Assembly (NCBI GenBank): GCA_963758525.1
Contig: CAVWVQ010000005.1
Coordinates: 298,471-362,470, forward strand
Direction: 5' to 3'
DNA: 64,000 bases
Source: an uncultured Phycisphaerales bacterium
Lineage (GTDB): Bacteria; Planctomycetota; Phycisphaerae; Tepidisphaerales; Tepidisphaeraceae
In this document: positions 33,680-43,247 of the stretch, piece by piece
Layout of the letters: the number at the start of each line of letters is the position of its first letter
How positions within the stretch are numbered: the first letter of the stretch is position 1
Notes under the pieces: model-generated
Seen by the model: only the letters and a program-made list of their open reading frames with translations
What the model was told of the DNA's origin: nothing
Databases searched by the model: none
Made by a program: the position numbers and the translations under genes

Positions 33680-34314
33680 TCAACTTCTTCCGCCCCGACT
33701 TCGCGCCTCCTCCCACTTTCGATGCCCTCCCCAGTCAATGTAATGCAGATCGGGTCGTTTCTGGGCGTACTCCTTGTACAAGGCGATCGCTTGCGGATCT
33801 TCCAGGATCTGCACCTCGCGGATGTTCCCTTCACGCAAGATTGCCTCGGTGCTGGGGGCATTGGTAATGTCCCCGATCACCACTTTCTGGAAGTTGGCGC
33901 GATGGGTGATCTGGCGCAGCACACGACGCAGGGCGTGAGCGTCGTAAACATCACCGCCTTGCGAAAATCGACCGGCCCATTGCCTTCGAGCATCGCCACT
34001 CGTCCTGCATCGCGCAGCGCCGCGGTTTCCCCGTGCGTCGTGGAGTCGTTTTGCTGACCTAGGGTGTTGTGTCCCTTCCCCATGATTTGCCGGGTGGCGC
34101 TGTCGATGATGACTCCGCCGATGGGGCAACCGCCCTCGTCATGGGATTTCTGCGCTAAGAGAGTGCCGATCCGCATGAAATCCGCGTCCGACAATTGCTG
34201 GAAGAAAACGGGATCGATCAGCTTGGGAAGATATTCGGTGGGAAGATACGCGATGACATTGAGCAGCGCATCGTTCGGGGGCGTATCTTTGGTGATAAAA
34301 AAGTCGGTCTTCAT
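33680..34314 (-). CDS. Zinc-dependent nucleoside/cytosine deaminase; apparent 1-nt deletion near 33913
   Basis: EGGCPIGGV, HGE, TTLTPCVVC zinc motif; adding one base continues into QITHRANFQKVVIGD. Confidence 0.82.
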
Positions 34315-34380
34315 AACGATCGATTCTAGCAAAAGTCTCTGATCGTGTCGGAGCTGTATCGCCGAGGGTTCTAAGTCATC

Positions 34381-34562
34381 AGCGCCGCTGGACGCACCTC
34401 GCAAGCGAGGCGGCTAACGGATGCGGAGTGCTTCGCACGCGGGAAGGATCATCTGACGACGCTGTGCCTTCTTGTTCTGGTGTCTTCTCATTCCGTATTC
34501 TTCAGCCGCCTCACTTGCGGGGCGTGTCCAGCGGCGCATATATTCCACACCCAACGAGTTTC
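34381..34562. repeat. REP doublet (REPIN-like) upstream of the RAYT
   Basis: AGCGCCGCTGGACGCACCTCGCAAGCGAGGCGGCTAA at 34381-34417 and an inverted copy at 34502-34538; internal hairpin CCTCGC-AA-GCGAGG. Confidence 0.85.
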
Positions 34563-34563
34563 G

Positions 34564-35159
34564 ATGCGCCTGCTCGCCGCTCACATTATCTTTACCGCAT
34601 ACGGTTTCTGGCTGCCCAACGACCCGCGCGGTTCATGGAGCGAGTGGGTCGCCTCCTGGGAACTTCTCAAATACGGAAGGGCAACCAAAGTCGATCACGG
34701 CAGGTCCGTCGCTCGCGTGAAGCACGACGCGGATTTACGGAGAGCCGCGAAGCAGTCACTGAAATACAGTCCAGTGCTGTTTACCGGCCTGCAAGCGCGC
34801 AGCATCGCGCGCGGATTCAGTAGAGCGATTGACGAGGGCGACTATCCCGTTCACGCCTGTTCGATTTTGCCCGATCACGTTCATCTGGTAATCGGGGACC
34901 ACGAACGACGGTTCCAGCAGATCACATCGCATTTAAGGGTCATGCATCGCGGGCGTTGCGGGCAGAAGGATTGCATCCATTTGTGAAGCATGAAAGACCT
35001 GATGGGTCGCTGCCATCAATCTGGGCGGAGGGGTTGTGGAAGGTGTACTGCTATGATCGCGATCATGTTCTTGATGCGATCGGATACGTGGAGAGGAATC
35101 CGCTGCGCGAGGGGAAGCGCAGACAGCCCTGGTGGTTTGTCAGGGGCTTCGAGCAGTAG
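34564..35159 (+). mobile_element. REP-associated tyrosine transposase (RAYT, HUH/Y1 family); apparent 1-nt deletion near 34933
   Basis: HIIFTAYGFWLPNDPRGSWS, HUH motif PDHVHLV, catalytic Tyr in IGYVERNP; palindromic repeats on both sides. Confidence 0.82.
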
Positions 35160-35397
35160 CGCCGCTGGACGCACCTCGCAAGCGAGGCGGCTAACTAAAG
35201 GATTCGGAGTGCTTCGCATGCGCGAGGAATCATTCGTGTCCTGTCGCTCAACTTCCTTATCCTTTAGCCGCCCCGCTCGCGGGGCGCGTCCAACGGCGCA
35301 ACTATCGAGCAACCCAACGAGCTTCCTTATCCTTTAGCCGCCCTCGCTCGCGGGGCGGGTCCAACGGCGCAACTATTGAGCAACCCAACGAGCTTCC
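35158..35397. repeat. REP cluster downstream of the RAYT with a 70-bp tandem duplication
   Basis: 35158-35195 identical to 34381-34418; two inverted REP copies within duplicated units 35252-35321 and 35322-35392. Confidence 0.88.
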
Positions 35398-35408
35398 GAA
35401 GCGTGCTG

Positions 35409-36635
35409 TTATCCTGGCAGATCCCGATCCCGCACCCCGATCAGGTACAGAATCGAGTCCAGCCCAAGCTGCGAGATCTTGTGACGGGCGCTTTGTGCAA
35501 CCATGGGCTTGGCGTGGAAGGCGATCCCTAACCCAGCCGCGGCGAGCATCGGCAGATCGTTGGCGCCGTCGCCGACGGCGATCGTCTGCTGCAGCGAGAT
35601 GTTTTCCTGGGTTGCGATCTCCTCCAGAAGCTGCGCTTTGCGCTGGGCGTTGATGATTTCACCTTTCAGCCGGCCGGTGAGGACGCCGTCGGTAATTTCC
35701 AGGTCATTGGTGCGAACATAGTCGATGCCAAAGCGCTGCTGGAGATGGCGGCCGAAATAGGCGAATCCGCCGGAGATGATGGCGGTCTTGTACCCGAAGG
35801 ATTTGAGGGCGGTGATGAGCCGCTCGGCGCCTTCGGTCAGATTCAGCCGGGCGGCGACGCGCGGCAGCGTCGCTTCGGCCAGGCCCTTGAGCAGGGCCAC
35901 GCGGCGGGTAAGGCTCTGCTCGAAGTCCAACTCGCCGCGCATCGCTGATTCGGTGATCGCGCTGACGCGGTCGAAGACGCCGGCTTCGCGAGCCAATTCG
36001 TCGATCACTTCGTGCTGGATCAGCGTGGAATCCATGTCGAACGCGACGAGCCGGCGGATGCGCCGATAGATGTTGTCGCGCTGCCAGGCGAGGTCGATCG
36101 GAGTCCATTGCGTGATCTGCATGAGCGCGGCCCGCAACAGGTCTTCATCGTGCGGCTGGCCGCGAACGGAAAATTCCACGCAGGCGCGTTGCGCCCGGCC
36201 GTCCTCCACGCGCGGGGGTCGGCCTGAAAGGCGGGTGATGATGTCGATGTTCAATCCCTGCGCCGCAAGCACCGAAGAGACCGCCGCCAGGTGCTCGGCG
36301 GCGAGCCTTCGCGCCAGCAGCGTGAGAATAAAGCGCGGCGCGCCCTGCCGCGCCACCCAGGCATCGTATTGCTCATCGTCCACCGGCGAGATCCGCAGCC
36401 GCAGCTCCGCGTGATGCGCGGTAAACAGGAGATCCTTCAGCACCGCCGTCGATTCCACCTCCGGCGGGAGCCGCACGAGCATGCCCAGCAGCAGGGTTTT
36501 GTGAATCACCGTCTGGTTGATGTCGAGGATTTCGATGTTCTGGCGACCCAGAATCTGCGTGAGGGATGCCGTGATCCCCGGATGGTCCTCGCCGGTCACA
36601 TGGAGCAGGAGAATGGATTGAGTTACATCAGCCAA
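35409..36635 (-). CDS. serB: Phosphoserine phosphatase with N-terminal ACT domains
   Basis: VTGEDHPGI ACT motif; HAD motifs FDMDSTL, ISGGF, GDGANDL; start placed at the TTG at 36635. Confidence 0.93.
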   Translation of the reverse strand: MADVTQSILLLHVTGEDHPGITASLTQILGRQNIEILDINQTVIHKTLLLGMLVRLPPEVESTAVLKDLLFTAHHAELRLRISPVDDEQYDAWVARQGAPRFILTLLARRLAAEHLAAVSSVLAAQGLNIDIITRLSGRPPRVEDGRAQRACVEFSVRGQPHDEDLLRAALMQITQWTPIDLAWQRDNIYRRIRRLVAFDMDSTLIQHEVIDELAREAGVFDRVSAITESAMRGELDFEQSLTRRVALLKGLAEATLPRVAARLNLTEGAERLITALKSFGYKTAIISGGFAYFGRHLQQRFGIDYVRTNDLEITDGVLTGRLKGEIINAQRKAQLLEEIATQENISLQQTIAVGDGANDLPMLAAAGLGIAFHAKPMVAQSARHKISQLGLDSILYLIGVRDRDLPG

Positions 36636-36676
36636 CGTCGCGGGATTGTAAGGGGCGACAGGGGGGTGTAAAGCGA

Positions 36677-36797
36677 TCGTGAGGCGGACTCGGGCTGGGA
36701 TACTCGCGCTTCCAGATGATATAAAGATGCGGACGACACGCTGTACGTTATTCACGCGATGCCGCTGACGACACGCAGACGGAAGGTCCATCGGTGA
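36677..36797 (+). pseudogene. Remnant of a BrnT-like toxin gene (3' part only)
   Basis: 36723-36797 reads KDADDTLYVIHAMPLTTRRRKVHR*, resembling the C-terminus of the intact toxin at 53855 (VVFVIHARPLTDPEKRRLRRRRPR); 5' part missing or scrambled. Confidence 0.5.
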
Positions 36798-36839
36798 TGG
36801 CGTGCCCCACGTCGACGTCCGGCGCGATCGGAGAACACT

Positions 36840-37067
36840 ATGGACCAGCGAAAAACTCGTACCAGGGAATTGACCGGGCGTGCATTTGACGCCCTTCCTG
36901 ATGTCGAGAAGCAGCGGATTTTTGACGAACTCGAAAGCGGCACGCCCGAGCGGCGCCGCGCCGAGGCGACGGCGCCGACCGCGGCGGAGAAGGCGCGGTT
37001 GCATCGCGTCCACAAAAAGATGGGACGACCGAAGATCGGCAACCGGGTCAAAGATTCCTTCAAATGA
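36840..37067 (+). pseudogene. Truncated antitoxin-like gene
   Basis: PTAAEKARLHRVHKKMGRPKIGNRVK parallels PTTTADRRMHKQARGRGRPKVGHGAK of 54124 but stops before the RHH domain; GGAG RBS present. Confidence 0.55.
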
Positions 37068-37079
37068 GCTGCGCTCGCA

Positions 37080-38156
37080 TTATTCATTGTATGCGGCACT
37101 GATAGCAGTGCCTTGGGGCGCTGGCCCTTCGACACTCGCCGACCGAGCGCGATTGATCTCCTCCATCGCGGCGGCGGCAATTTCGAACGAGTGAACTCTT
37201 GCGGCATGATCGAAGATATTCGCGGTGAGGATCAGCTCATCCGCGCCTGTAGCGGCAATCAGTTTTTCCAGGTAAAGCCGGACAGTCTCCGCGGAACCGG
37301 CGATGGAGTAATGCGTTTTGCGAAAGACCTCCATTTCCTCGGCCAGGGACCAGCGGCCTTTCATGGTGTCGATGGCCGGCGGAAGCTCGCGCGGCGTCCC
37401 GCGAATGTAGTTGAGAAAGGCCTGCTGCAGCGACGTGAACAGACGTCGCGCTTCCTCATCGCTGTCGGCGGCGATGACGTTGACTCCAACGATGGTCTGA
37501 GGATGAGTCAAGAATTCGGAGGGCTGGAAGTTGCCGCGGTAGAGACGAAGGGCAACGTCGAGATACTCGGGGGCGAAGTGAGAGGCAAAGGCAAAGGGGA
37601 GTCCGAGCTCGGCGGCGAGGCGGGCGCTGAAGTCGCTGGAACCCAGGAGATAAATCGGAACGTGAAGGCCCTGCCCGGGGACCGCTTTGACGAATTGCCC
37701 CGGAGTGGGGACGGCGAAGTAACCCTGCAGCTCGAGCAGATCGCGGGGAAAGGTGTCGCCGTCGCTTCCAAGGCTCCGGCGCAGGGCGCGGGCGGTCCGG
37801 CCGTCGCCCCCGGGAGCGCGGCCGACGCCGAGATCGATGCGGCCGGGGTAGAGAGATTCCAGCGTGCCGAACTGTTCGGCGATGGTAAGGGGCGCGTGGT
37901 TGGGGAGCATGATGCCGCCGGATCCGATGCGCATGCGCGAGGTGCCGCCGGCAATATGGCCGATGAGGACCGCCGTGGCGGCGCTGGCGATGCCGGACAT
38001 GTTGTGGTGCTCGGCAAGCCAGTAGAGGGTGTAGTTCCATCGCTCGGCGTGTTGGGCGAGGTCCAGAGAATTGCGAAAGGAATCGGCAGCGCTGCCGCCG
38101 GCGCAAATCGGGGAGAGGTCGAGGATGGAGTAACGGGTGGGGCTGGTGTGGGGCAT
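37080..38156 (-). CDS. LLM-class flavin-dependent oxidoreductase (luciferase-like)
   Basis: [61 protein letters not shown]. Confidence 0.92.
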   Translation of the reverse strand: MPHTSPTRYSILDLSPICAGGSAADSFRNSLDLAQHAERWNYTLYWLAEHHNMSGIASAATAVLIGHIAGGTSRMRIGSGGIMLPNHAPLTIAEQFGTLESLYPGRIDLGVGRAPGGDGRTARALRRSLGSDGDTFPRDLLELQGYFAVPTPGQFVKAVPGQGLHVPIYLLGSSDFSARLAAELGLPFAFASHFAPEYLDVALRLYRGNFQPSEFLTHPQTIVGVNVIAADSDEEARRLFTSLQQAFLNYIRGTPRELPPAIDTMKGRWSLAEEMEVFRKTHYSIAGSAETVRLYLEKLIAATGADELILTANIFDHAARVHSFEIAAAAMEEINRARSASVEGPAPQGTAISAAYNE

Positions 38157-38274
38157 GCAGGGGTCTTTAACGGAAGGCATTTTCATTCTAGGCGGGAGAA
38201 GCTGAAGCGGGGAAGGTTAAATCGCCGGATCGGGACGGGCGTGAGCATCGATTCGGAAGTCCGTTCATCCAACT

Positions 38275-38514
38275 CTCGCGTGCGCAGCACTCCAAATCCT
38301 TTAGCCGCCTCGCTTGCGAGGCGTGTCCAATGGCGCCGTTTCGCCGCTGAGCGCACAATGTACCAGTTCGCGCTCGCGTTCCCTCCCGCATCTGAAGTTC
38401 GGTGAATTGCTGAACATTTTGCGCCGCTGGACACGCCCCGCAAGCAGGGCGGCTAAAGGATAAGGAAATTGAGCGACAGGAGATGAATGATCCTCCACAG
38501 GCTTCGCACGCGAG
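38275..38514. repeat. Third cluster of the RAYT-associated REP family
   Basis: TTAGCCGCCTCGCTTGCGAGGCGTGTCC (from 38301) and GCGCCGCTGGACACGCCCCGCAAGCAGGGCGGCTAA (from 38421), with flanks matching 35189-35269. Confidence 0.85.
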
Positions 38515-38541
38515 CTGCAAAAAAGCTTGAGAGCGACAGGG

Positions 38542-40386
38542 CTACCGCGCTTCGGCGGTCTCCAGCGGGACTTGTCGGCGATATTCCTTCTCGTTGAAGT
38601 CGACCAGCTTCGGTCTAACGGAGGCAGGCGGCAACTCCAGCTCGGGCGAAGGGGGAACCTGCAGGTAAGTGAGGGCGCGCTGCATCATCTGCGACGCGCC
38701 GGGGGCGGAGACGGTGCCGCCGAAATGGGCGATGGCGGGGTCGGGCTCGTGAATGATGAAGGCGATGACCATCCGGGGATTCTCGGCGGGGGCGGCACAA
38801 ATGAAACTGCTGGTGAAACGGGTGAGGCTGTAGCCGTTTTTCCCTTCGCTGATGTGCGCGGTGCCGGTCTTGCCGAAGAGGTTCCAGTATTCGCTGCGGG
38901 CTTTGGTGGCCGTGCCGCGGACGACCACGTCGCAAAGAATTTGCCGCATCTGCATCTCGGTTTCGGTGCTGATCATGCGCGGGCAGTCGGCAAGCGGTGT
39001 CGCTTTGTGCAGGGGGATGATCTGGCCATTGGGACCAAGCGTTCCTTTGATAATGGTGGGGCGAATCAGGCGTCCGCCGTTGGCGTAGGCGCAGAAGTTT
39101 CGGCAGAGTTGCAGCGGCGTGATGCGCAGCTCATATCCCTGCGCGACGGACTCGGTGCTGTATTTGTTCCACTCGCGCAGCGGATTGAGCCGGCCGGGAT
39201 CTTCGCCGGGAAGTTCGATGCCGGTGGCGTGTCCATACTGCCACATGGCAAGAACCTGATGCAGGCGGGGATTGCCCATGCGTTCGCCCAGCATGGACAT
39301 CACGATATTGCTGGATTTGACCAGCCCGTCCCATGTCGAGAGCGGGCCGTAGGCGTGCACGTCGGTGATGGTGCGGCCATACGGCGTGCGGTAAGTCTTG
39401 CCGGGGACGGGCCAGACTTCGTCGATGCGGGTGATGCCGGCTTCGAGTGCGGGGCCGGCGATGAAGGGCTTGCCCGTGGAACCGGGCTCGTAAGAATCGC
39501 AAACGGCGCGGTCGCGGCGAATTTTTTCATCCGAATCGTTCAGATTCTGCGGATTGAACGTCGGCCAGTTCGCGAGAGCCAGCACTTCGCCCGTGCGGGG
39601 ATCCATCGCGACAACTTCCCCGGATTTGACCTTGAATTTCTCGCAGGTGGCGGAGAGTTCCTGCTCGGCGATCATCTGAATGTTCGTATCAATGGTCAGC
39701 ACCAGATCCTGGCCCTGCTCCGGCGGCTGGTAGTCCTCGCTCGCAACCGAAATCGCGCGATGGTGCGCATCTTTGAGCGTGCGTTCCCACCCGTCGCGGC
39801 CCGTGAGCTGTTTGGCAAATGCCAGCTCAACACCTTCCAGCCCCTTGCCATCCTTACCGACGCCGCCCAGCACATGGGCCGCGAGCGATCCCATCGGGTA
39901 ATAGCGAAAGTTTGTCGGCTGCATGCCGACGCCTGGAAGATCGAGCTTGCGGATTTGCGCGGACGTGGAATCGTCCAGGTTTTCGGCGACTTTGACAAAC
40001 CGCGAGGTCGAGCGGTCGCCGAGCAACTGAGCGAGCTCAAACGAATCCCGATCGAGGATCTTCGCCAGCTTGCTGATCGCGTCATCCATCTCGACGAGGC
40101 TGTGGCCCTCCTGCTGGTAGAAATCAGACAGGAATTTGGGGTCTATAAAGAGAGTCTGCGTTTGAATGGTGCCGGCCATGAGCTGCCCGTTGGCGCTGAA
40201 GATCCCCCCGGGCCGCGCCGGGAGCGGGATTGTCTCATGCTGCTGGCGCTCGGCGCGGGAGATCGTCTGCTGACGACCGATCGTTTCGAGATAGAGCACC
40301 CGGCCGAGCATTCCGACCAGGAGCAAGCAGACCAGAACGAAGACCGCCGCGGCACGATGAAAGGAGAACGTCTTCATGGAGAGCAT
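38542..40386 (-). CDS. ftsI: Class B penicillin-binding protein (FtsI/PBP3-like)
   Basis: N-terminal TM, PBP dimerisation region (RYYPMG, GLEGVE), transpeptidase motifs EPGSTGK (SxxK), KSSN (SxN), KTGT. Confidence 0.85.
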   Translation of the reverse strand: MLSMKTFSFHRAAAVFVLVCLLLVGMLGRVLYLETIGRQQTISRAERQQHETIPLPARPGGIFSANGQLMAGTIQTQTLFIDPKFLSDFYQQEGHSLVEMDDAISKLAKILDRDSFELAQLLGDRSTSRFVKVAENLDDSTSAQIRKLDLPGVGMQPTNFRYYPMGSLAAHVLGGVGKDGKGLEGVELAFAKQLTGRDGWERTLKDAHHRAISVASEDYQPPEQGQDLVLTIDTNIQMIAEQELSATCEKFKVKSGEVVAMDPRTGEVLALANWPTFNPQNLNDSDEKIRRDRAVCDSYEPGSTGKPFIAGPALEAGITRIDEVWPVPGKTYRTPYGRTITDVHAYGPLSTWDGLVKSSNIVMSMLGERMGNPRLHQVLAMWQYGHATGIELPGEDPGRLNPLREWNKYSTESVAQGYELRITPLQLCRNFCAYANGGRLIRPTIIKGTLGPNGQIIPLHKATPLADCPRMISTETEMQMRQILCDVVVRGTATKARSEYWNLFGKTGTAHISEGKNGYSLTRFTSSFICAAPAENPRMVIAFIIHEPDPAIAHFGGTVSAPGASQMMQRALTYLQVPPSPELELPPASVRPKLVDFNEKEYRRQVPLETAEAR

Positions 40387-40446
40387 CTCAAGTCCGATAA
40401 TGTCATCGGACAGGAAGCCCCGCCGGTTGCATTGAAAATTCGCTGA

Positions 40447-41663
40447 TCAGCAGCCGCGGATGTACATCCGCGGCTTGATTGGGTGGGCCGCTGGGCTTTG
40501 AACAACAATGCGCGAATGCGCTGGAGCGGCGCCGGAAGGGAAGAGCAGTTGGGGACCTGTGTCGGCGAGGACTTCGCGATAGAGAGCGATGTGGCGCTGT
40601 GCCGCGGAGCGGGCATCAAAGTTTTCACTCGCGAACGCTTTGGCGCGCCGCGACCAGCGGATCAGTGCATCCGTGGATTTCATCGCCTTGGTCAGCGCCA
40701 TGGCCGCGGCCGCGGAGTCCGTTGGAAGCAGCAGGCCCAGATCGTTGTCGCGAAACGCGGCTGCGAGATGAATCTGATTGGAAATCGCGCAGGGCACACC
40801 CAGATGCATGGCTTCCGCGATCGAGATGCCAAACGATTCAGATCGCGACATCTGAATGTACATCGTCGCGTCGCAGAGAGCCCGAACCTTGTCCTGGCCG
40901 TAGACCGGCGGATGGAAGAAGACATTGGCGGCGCAGCCGCAGCGAATTTGCCGAAGCCATTCGCGCGTCGCGTGGTCCTGCAGGCCATAGAGATGGAACT
41001 CATGGTCGCGCATGAGGCCCGCAACGCCCAGGAGCAGGTCAATTCCCTTGACATGCACGTCAAATCGGCCCAGAAAAACAAGCCGGGGGGGAGTGAAGTT
41101 CTGCTTCCACTGGCTGCCTGCCAACGCATCGGTGTCGACGCCAACGGGCATGTTGCGGATCGGGACAGTCGCGGGGCCAAGAAATGCCCGCAGATCAGCT
41201 TCTTCGCCAGTCGATGCGGTGAGCATTGCCGCGGAGAGGCAGCGGGGACGTTCCAGCACCCTGGCGTAAATGGCTTTCTTTATTCGATTATGACGCAACA
41301 CTTCGGCGGAAAGGCCTCCATGCGGCGTGGTGATATAAGCGATCCCCATCGCGCCAACTGCCGGGCAAGGGATGCCTGGCGGGGGATGAAGACCGAATGC
41401 ATATGAACCAGATCCGGCCGGCGCTCATCGACCGCCTCCGCGAGCTTGCGATGGTTCACACTCCATAACCCGCCGCCCAGAAAGAGCAGGCGGATGCCCG
41501 CCGCCTTGGCCGCACTCAGCGCGGCGGCGCTCGGTACCACCCGCAGGAGAAGCGTCACCTGATGGCCAAGCCGCGCCTGATGCCGGGCGAGGAGCCAGAT
41601 GGTGGCGTTGACACCGTTGACACCCACCGAATTCGCATCGGCCCCGTCGTGCCAAATGCACAT
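40447..41663 (-). CDS. Glycosyltransferase family 4; apparent 1-nt deletion near 41345
   Basis: PDLVHMHS, YITTPHG, FLGRFDVHVKGIDLL, SRSESFGISIAEAMHLGVP; start uncertain. Confidence 0.8.
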
Positions 41664-41937
41664 TGTACGGGCATCGACTTTCCGCGACTGAAGGTAGGAA
41701 CCATCAGTTGAAGGGTGTTCGCGCAGATTGTATGGGCTCGCTTCAACACACATCAGTTGCTCGTCTCCCAACGGGCTGTTGATTCGTGGCGGACCTCAAT
41801 TCTCCGGGTGGAGCGGTACTCCAAACCGAAGAAAATTGGTCAGCGCCCCGGATTCATATTCGGTCATTTCGGATTGCAAGAGAGGTGGTTTTCCAAAAAT
41901 TCCGTAGGGGAATTCCCTGCCGGGCTCCGCCAATCCG

Positions 41938-42225
41938 CTACTCTGCGTCGGGCGTTTGGCTCTGCTGTGTCCAACTGCGGCTCACGGGGGAGTTGGAGAG
42001 GGGAACCATCCTAAAATGATGTGCGCTAAAGGTTTGCATAACCGCGGTGGGGCCGGTCCAAACTGCGATCTGCAGTTGCTGGTTCCACAGGCGGGACTGC
42101 TGATCCTCGATCTGATGATGTAATTCCGTTTGCTGATGCGCCAGTTCGAGGCGTTGCTGACGAAGCTGTACCATCCCAACAGCAAGGATGAGTCCGCTTC
42201 CGAGACATACAAGGAGCTTGATCAT
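41938..42225 (-). CDS. ftsL: FtsL-like bitopic coiled-coil protein
   Basis: Short protein with a TM helix then a Leu/Gln coiled coil; sits between rsmH and ftsI. Symbol assigned from synteny and topology only. Confidence 0.55.
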   Translation of the reverse strand: MIKLLVCLGSGLILAVGMVQLRQQRLELAHQQTELHHQIEDQQSRLWNQQLQIAVWTGPTAVMQTFSAHHFRMVPLSNSPVSRSWTQQSQTPDAE

Positions 42226-42269
42226 GAGGGATGAGACACCGATGGTTTGCGGACGTTTGGAACCGGCGT

Positions 42270-43184
42270 TTACTGCGCGGACGCAAGCGGTTTAGCAGGA
42301 AGACGGAGCTTCATGTTGGGGTGAATGCTGCCGTTTCCCTTTAACACATCAGCATTTAAGTCTTTGATTGCTGTCCAAGCGCTCCCGTTGCCGAGTTGAT
42401 CGGCGGCGATGCTCCAAAGGCTGTCATTCTCCTTAACAGTATACCAGAACTGGGCTTGATCACTCGCTGCGGGGCTCGCAGCGACCGGCGCGGTCGGTGT
42501 CGCTGGGACTTGCGTAATTGGAAGGGGCTGCGCACCCGTCGGCTGGGCGTCAGCCGCGCTCCCGGGAATGATGTATGCCCGGCCGACGATGATTTTGTTC
42601 GGATTGGACTTTAATGACGGATTTGCATTCACGATCAGGTCGCGATTGGCCTTGGTGTTCCCGCCGAGGAATCGTCCCGCGAGCCGGTTGAGCGTATCGC
42701 CAGCCTGTGCCGTATATTTGCGGGCAGTGTTCCCGCCGGCCGGGACGCTGGTGGAATCGGCGCCGGAGGCGCCGATGATCGGCTCGCCGTTGGCGCGAGC
42801 CACTTCCTGAAGCGACCCGGGCTGCCCAACCTGGGAGGCGGGGCTGTCACCATTCTTGCCCGGCTCTGAGGGGACTTGAGTGACGGTAACCTGACGGATC
42901 TGAATCGGCGTGTTGTTGCCGCCAGGACCGACTCGCACGATGCTTTGGCCTGGGTCGCTATGGGTGGAAACGGTATCGCGCGGGGTAATGTTTTGTGTGA
43001 CGACGGTGATCGGCGGGGGGTCTGTCACCGGCGCCGCAACGCTGTCGCGCACGTTGCCGGCCGTGTTGGTCAGCGGAGCCGCGACCGGCTCGGTTGTCGA
43101 AGACATGTGGTCGGAGAGAAGGATTCCGATCACGATGATGAACGCCAGCCCGACTAAGAGCCCGATTTTCGTTTCACGTGTCAT
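42270..43184 (-). CDS. Membrane-anchored protein with two LysM domains
   Basis: TM LLVGLAFIIVIGILL; YTAQAGDTLNRLAGRF and YTVKENDSLWSIAADQLG..LRLP. Confidence 0.88.
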   Translation of the reverse strand: MTRETKIGLLVGLAFIIVIGILLSDHMSSTTEPVAAPLTNTAGNVRDSVAAPVTDPPPITVVTQNITPRDTVSTHSDPGQSIVRVGPGGNNTPIQIRQVTVTQVPSEPGKNGDSPASQVGQPGSLQEVARANGEPIIGASGADSTSVPAGGNTARKYTAQAGDTLNRLAGRFLGGNTKANRDLIVNANPSLKSNPNKIIVGRAYIIPGSAADAQPTGAQPLPITQVPATPTAPVAASPAASDQAQFWYTVKENDSLWSIAADQLGNGSAWTAIKDLNADVLKGNGSIHPNMKLRLPAKPLASAQ

Positions 43185-43247
43185 TGGCTACCTCGACAAC
43201 AACGGCGCTTCGGTCGGCCGATGCAAGACCGGAGCAAAACGGCAGAA

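Noticed and set aside
34381..38514. CRISPR array suggested by ~37-bp palindromic repeats
   Set aside because: Copies alternate in orientation, spacers are related to each other rather than unique, no cas genes are present and a RAYT is adjacent
38527..40446. Long plus-strand ORF (639 aa) and similar long ORFs at 26719, 37113, 49366 and 54503
   Set aside because: Antisense shadows of well-supported minus-strand genes in GC-rich DNA
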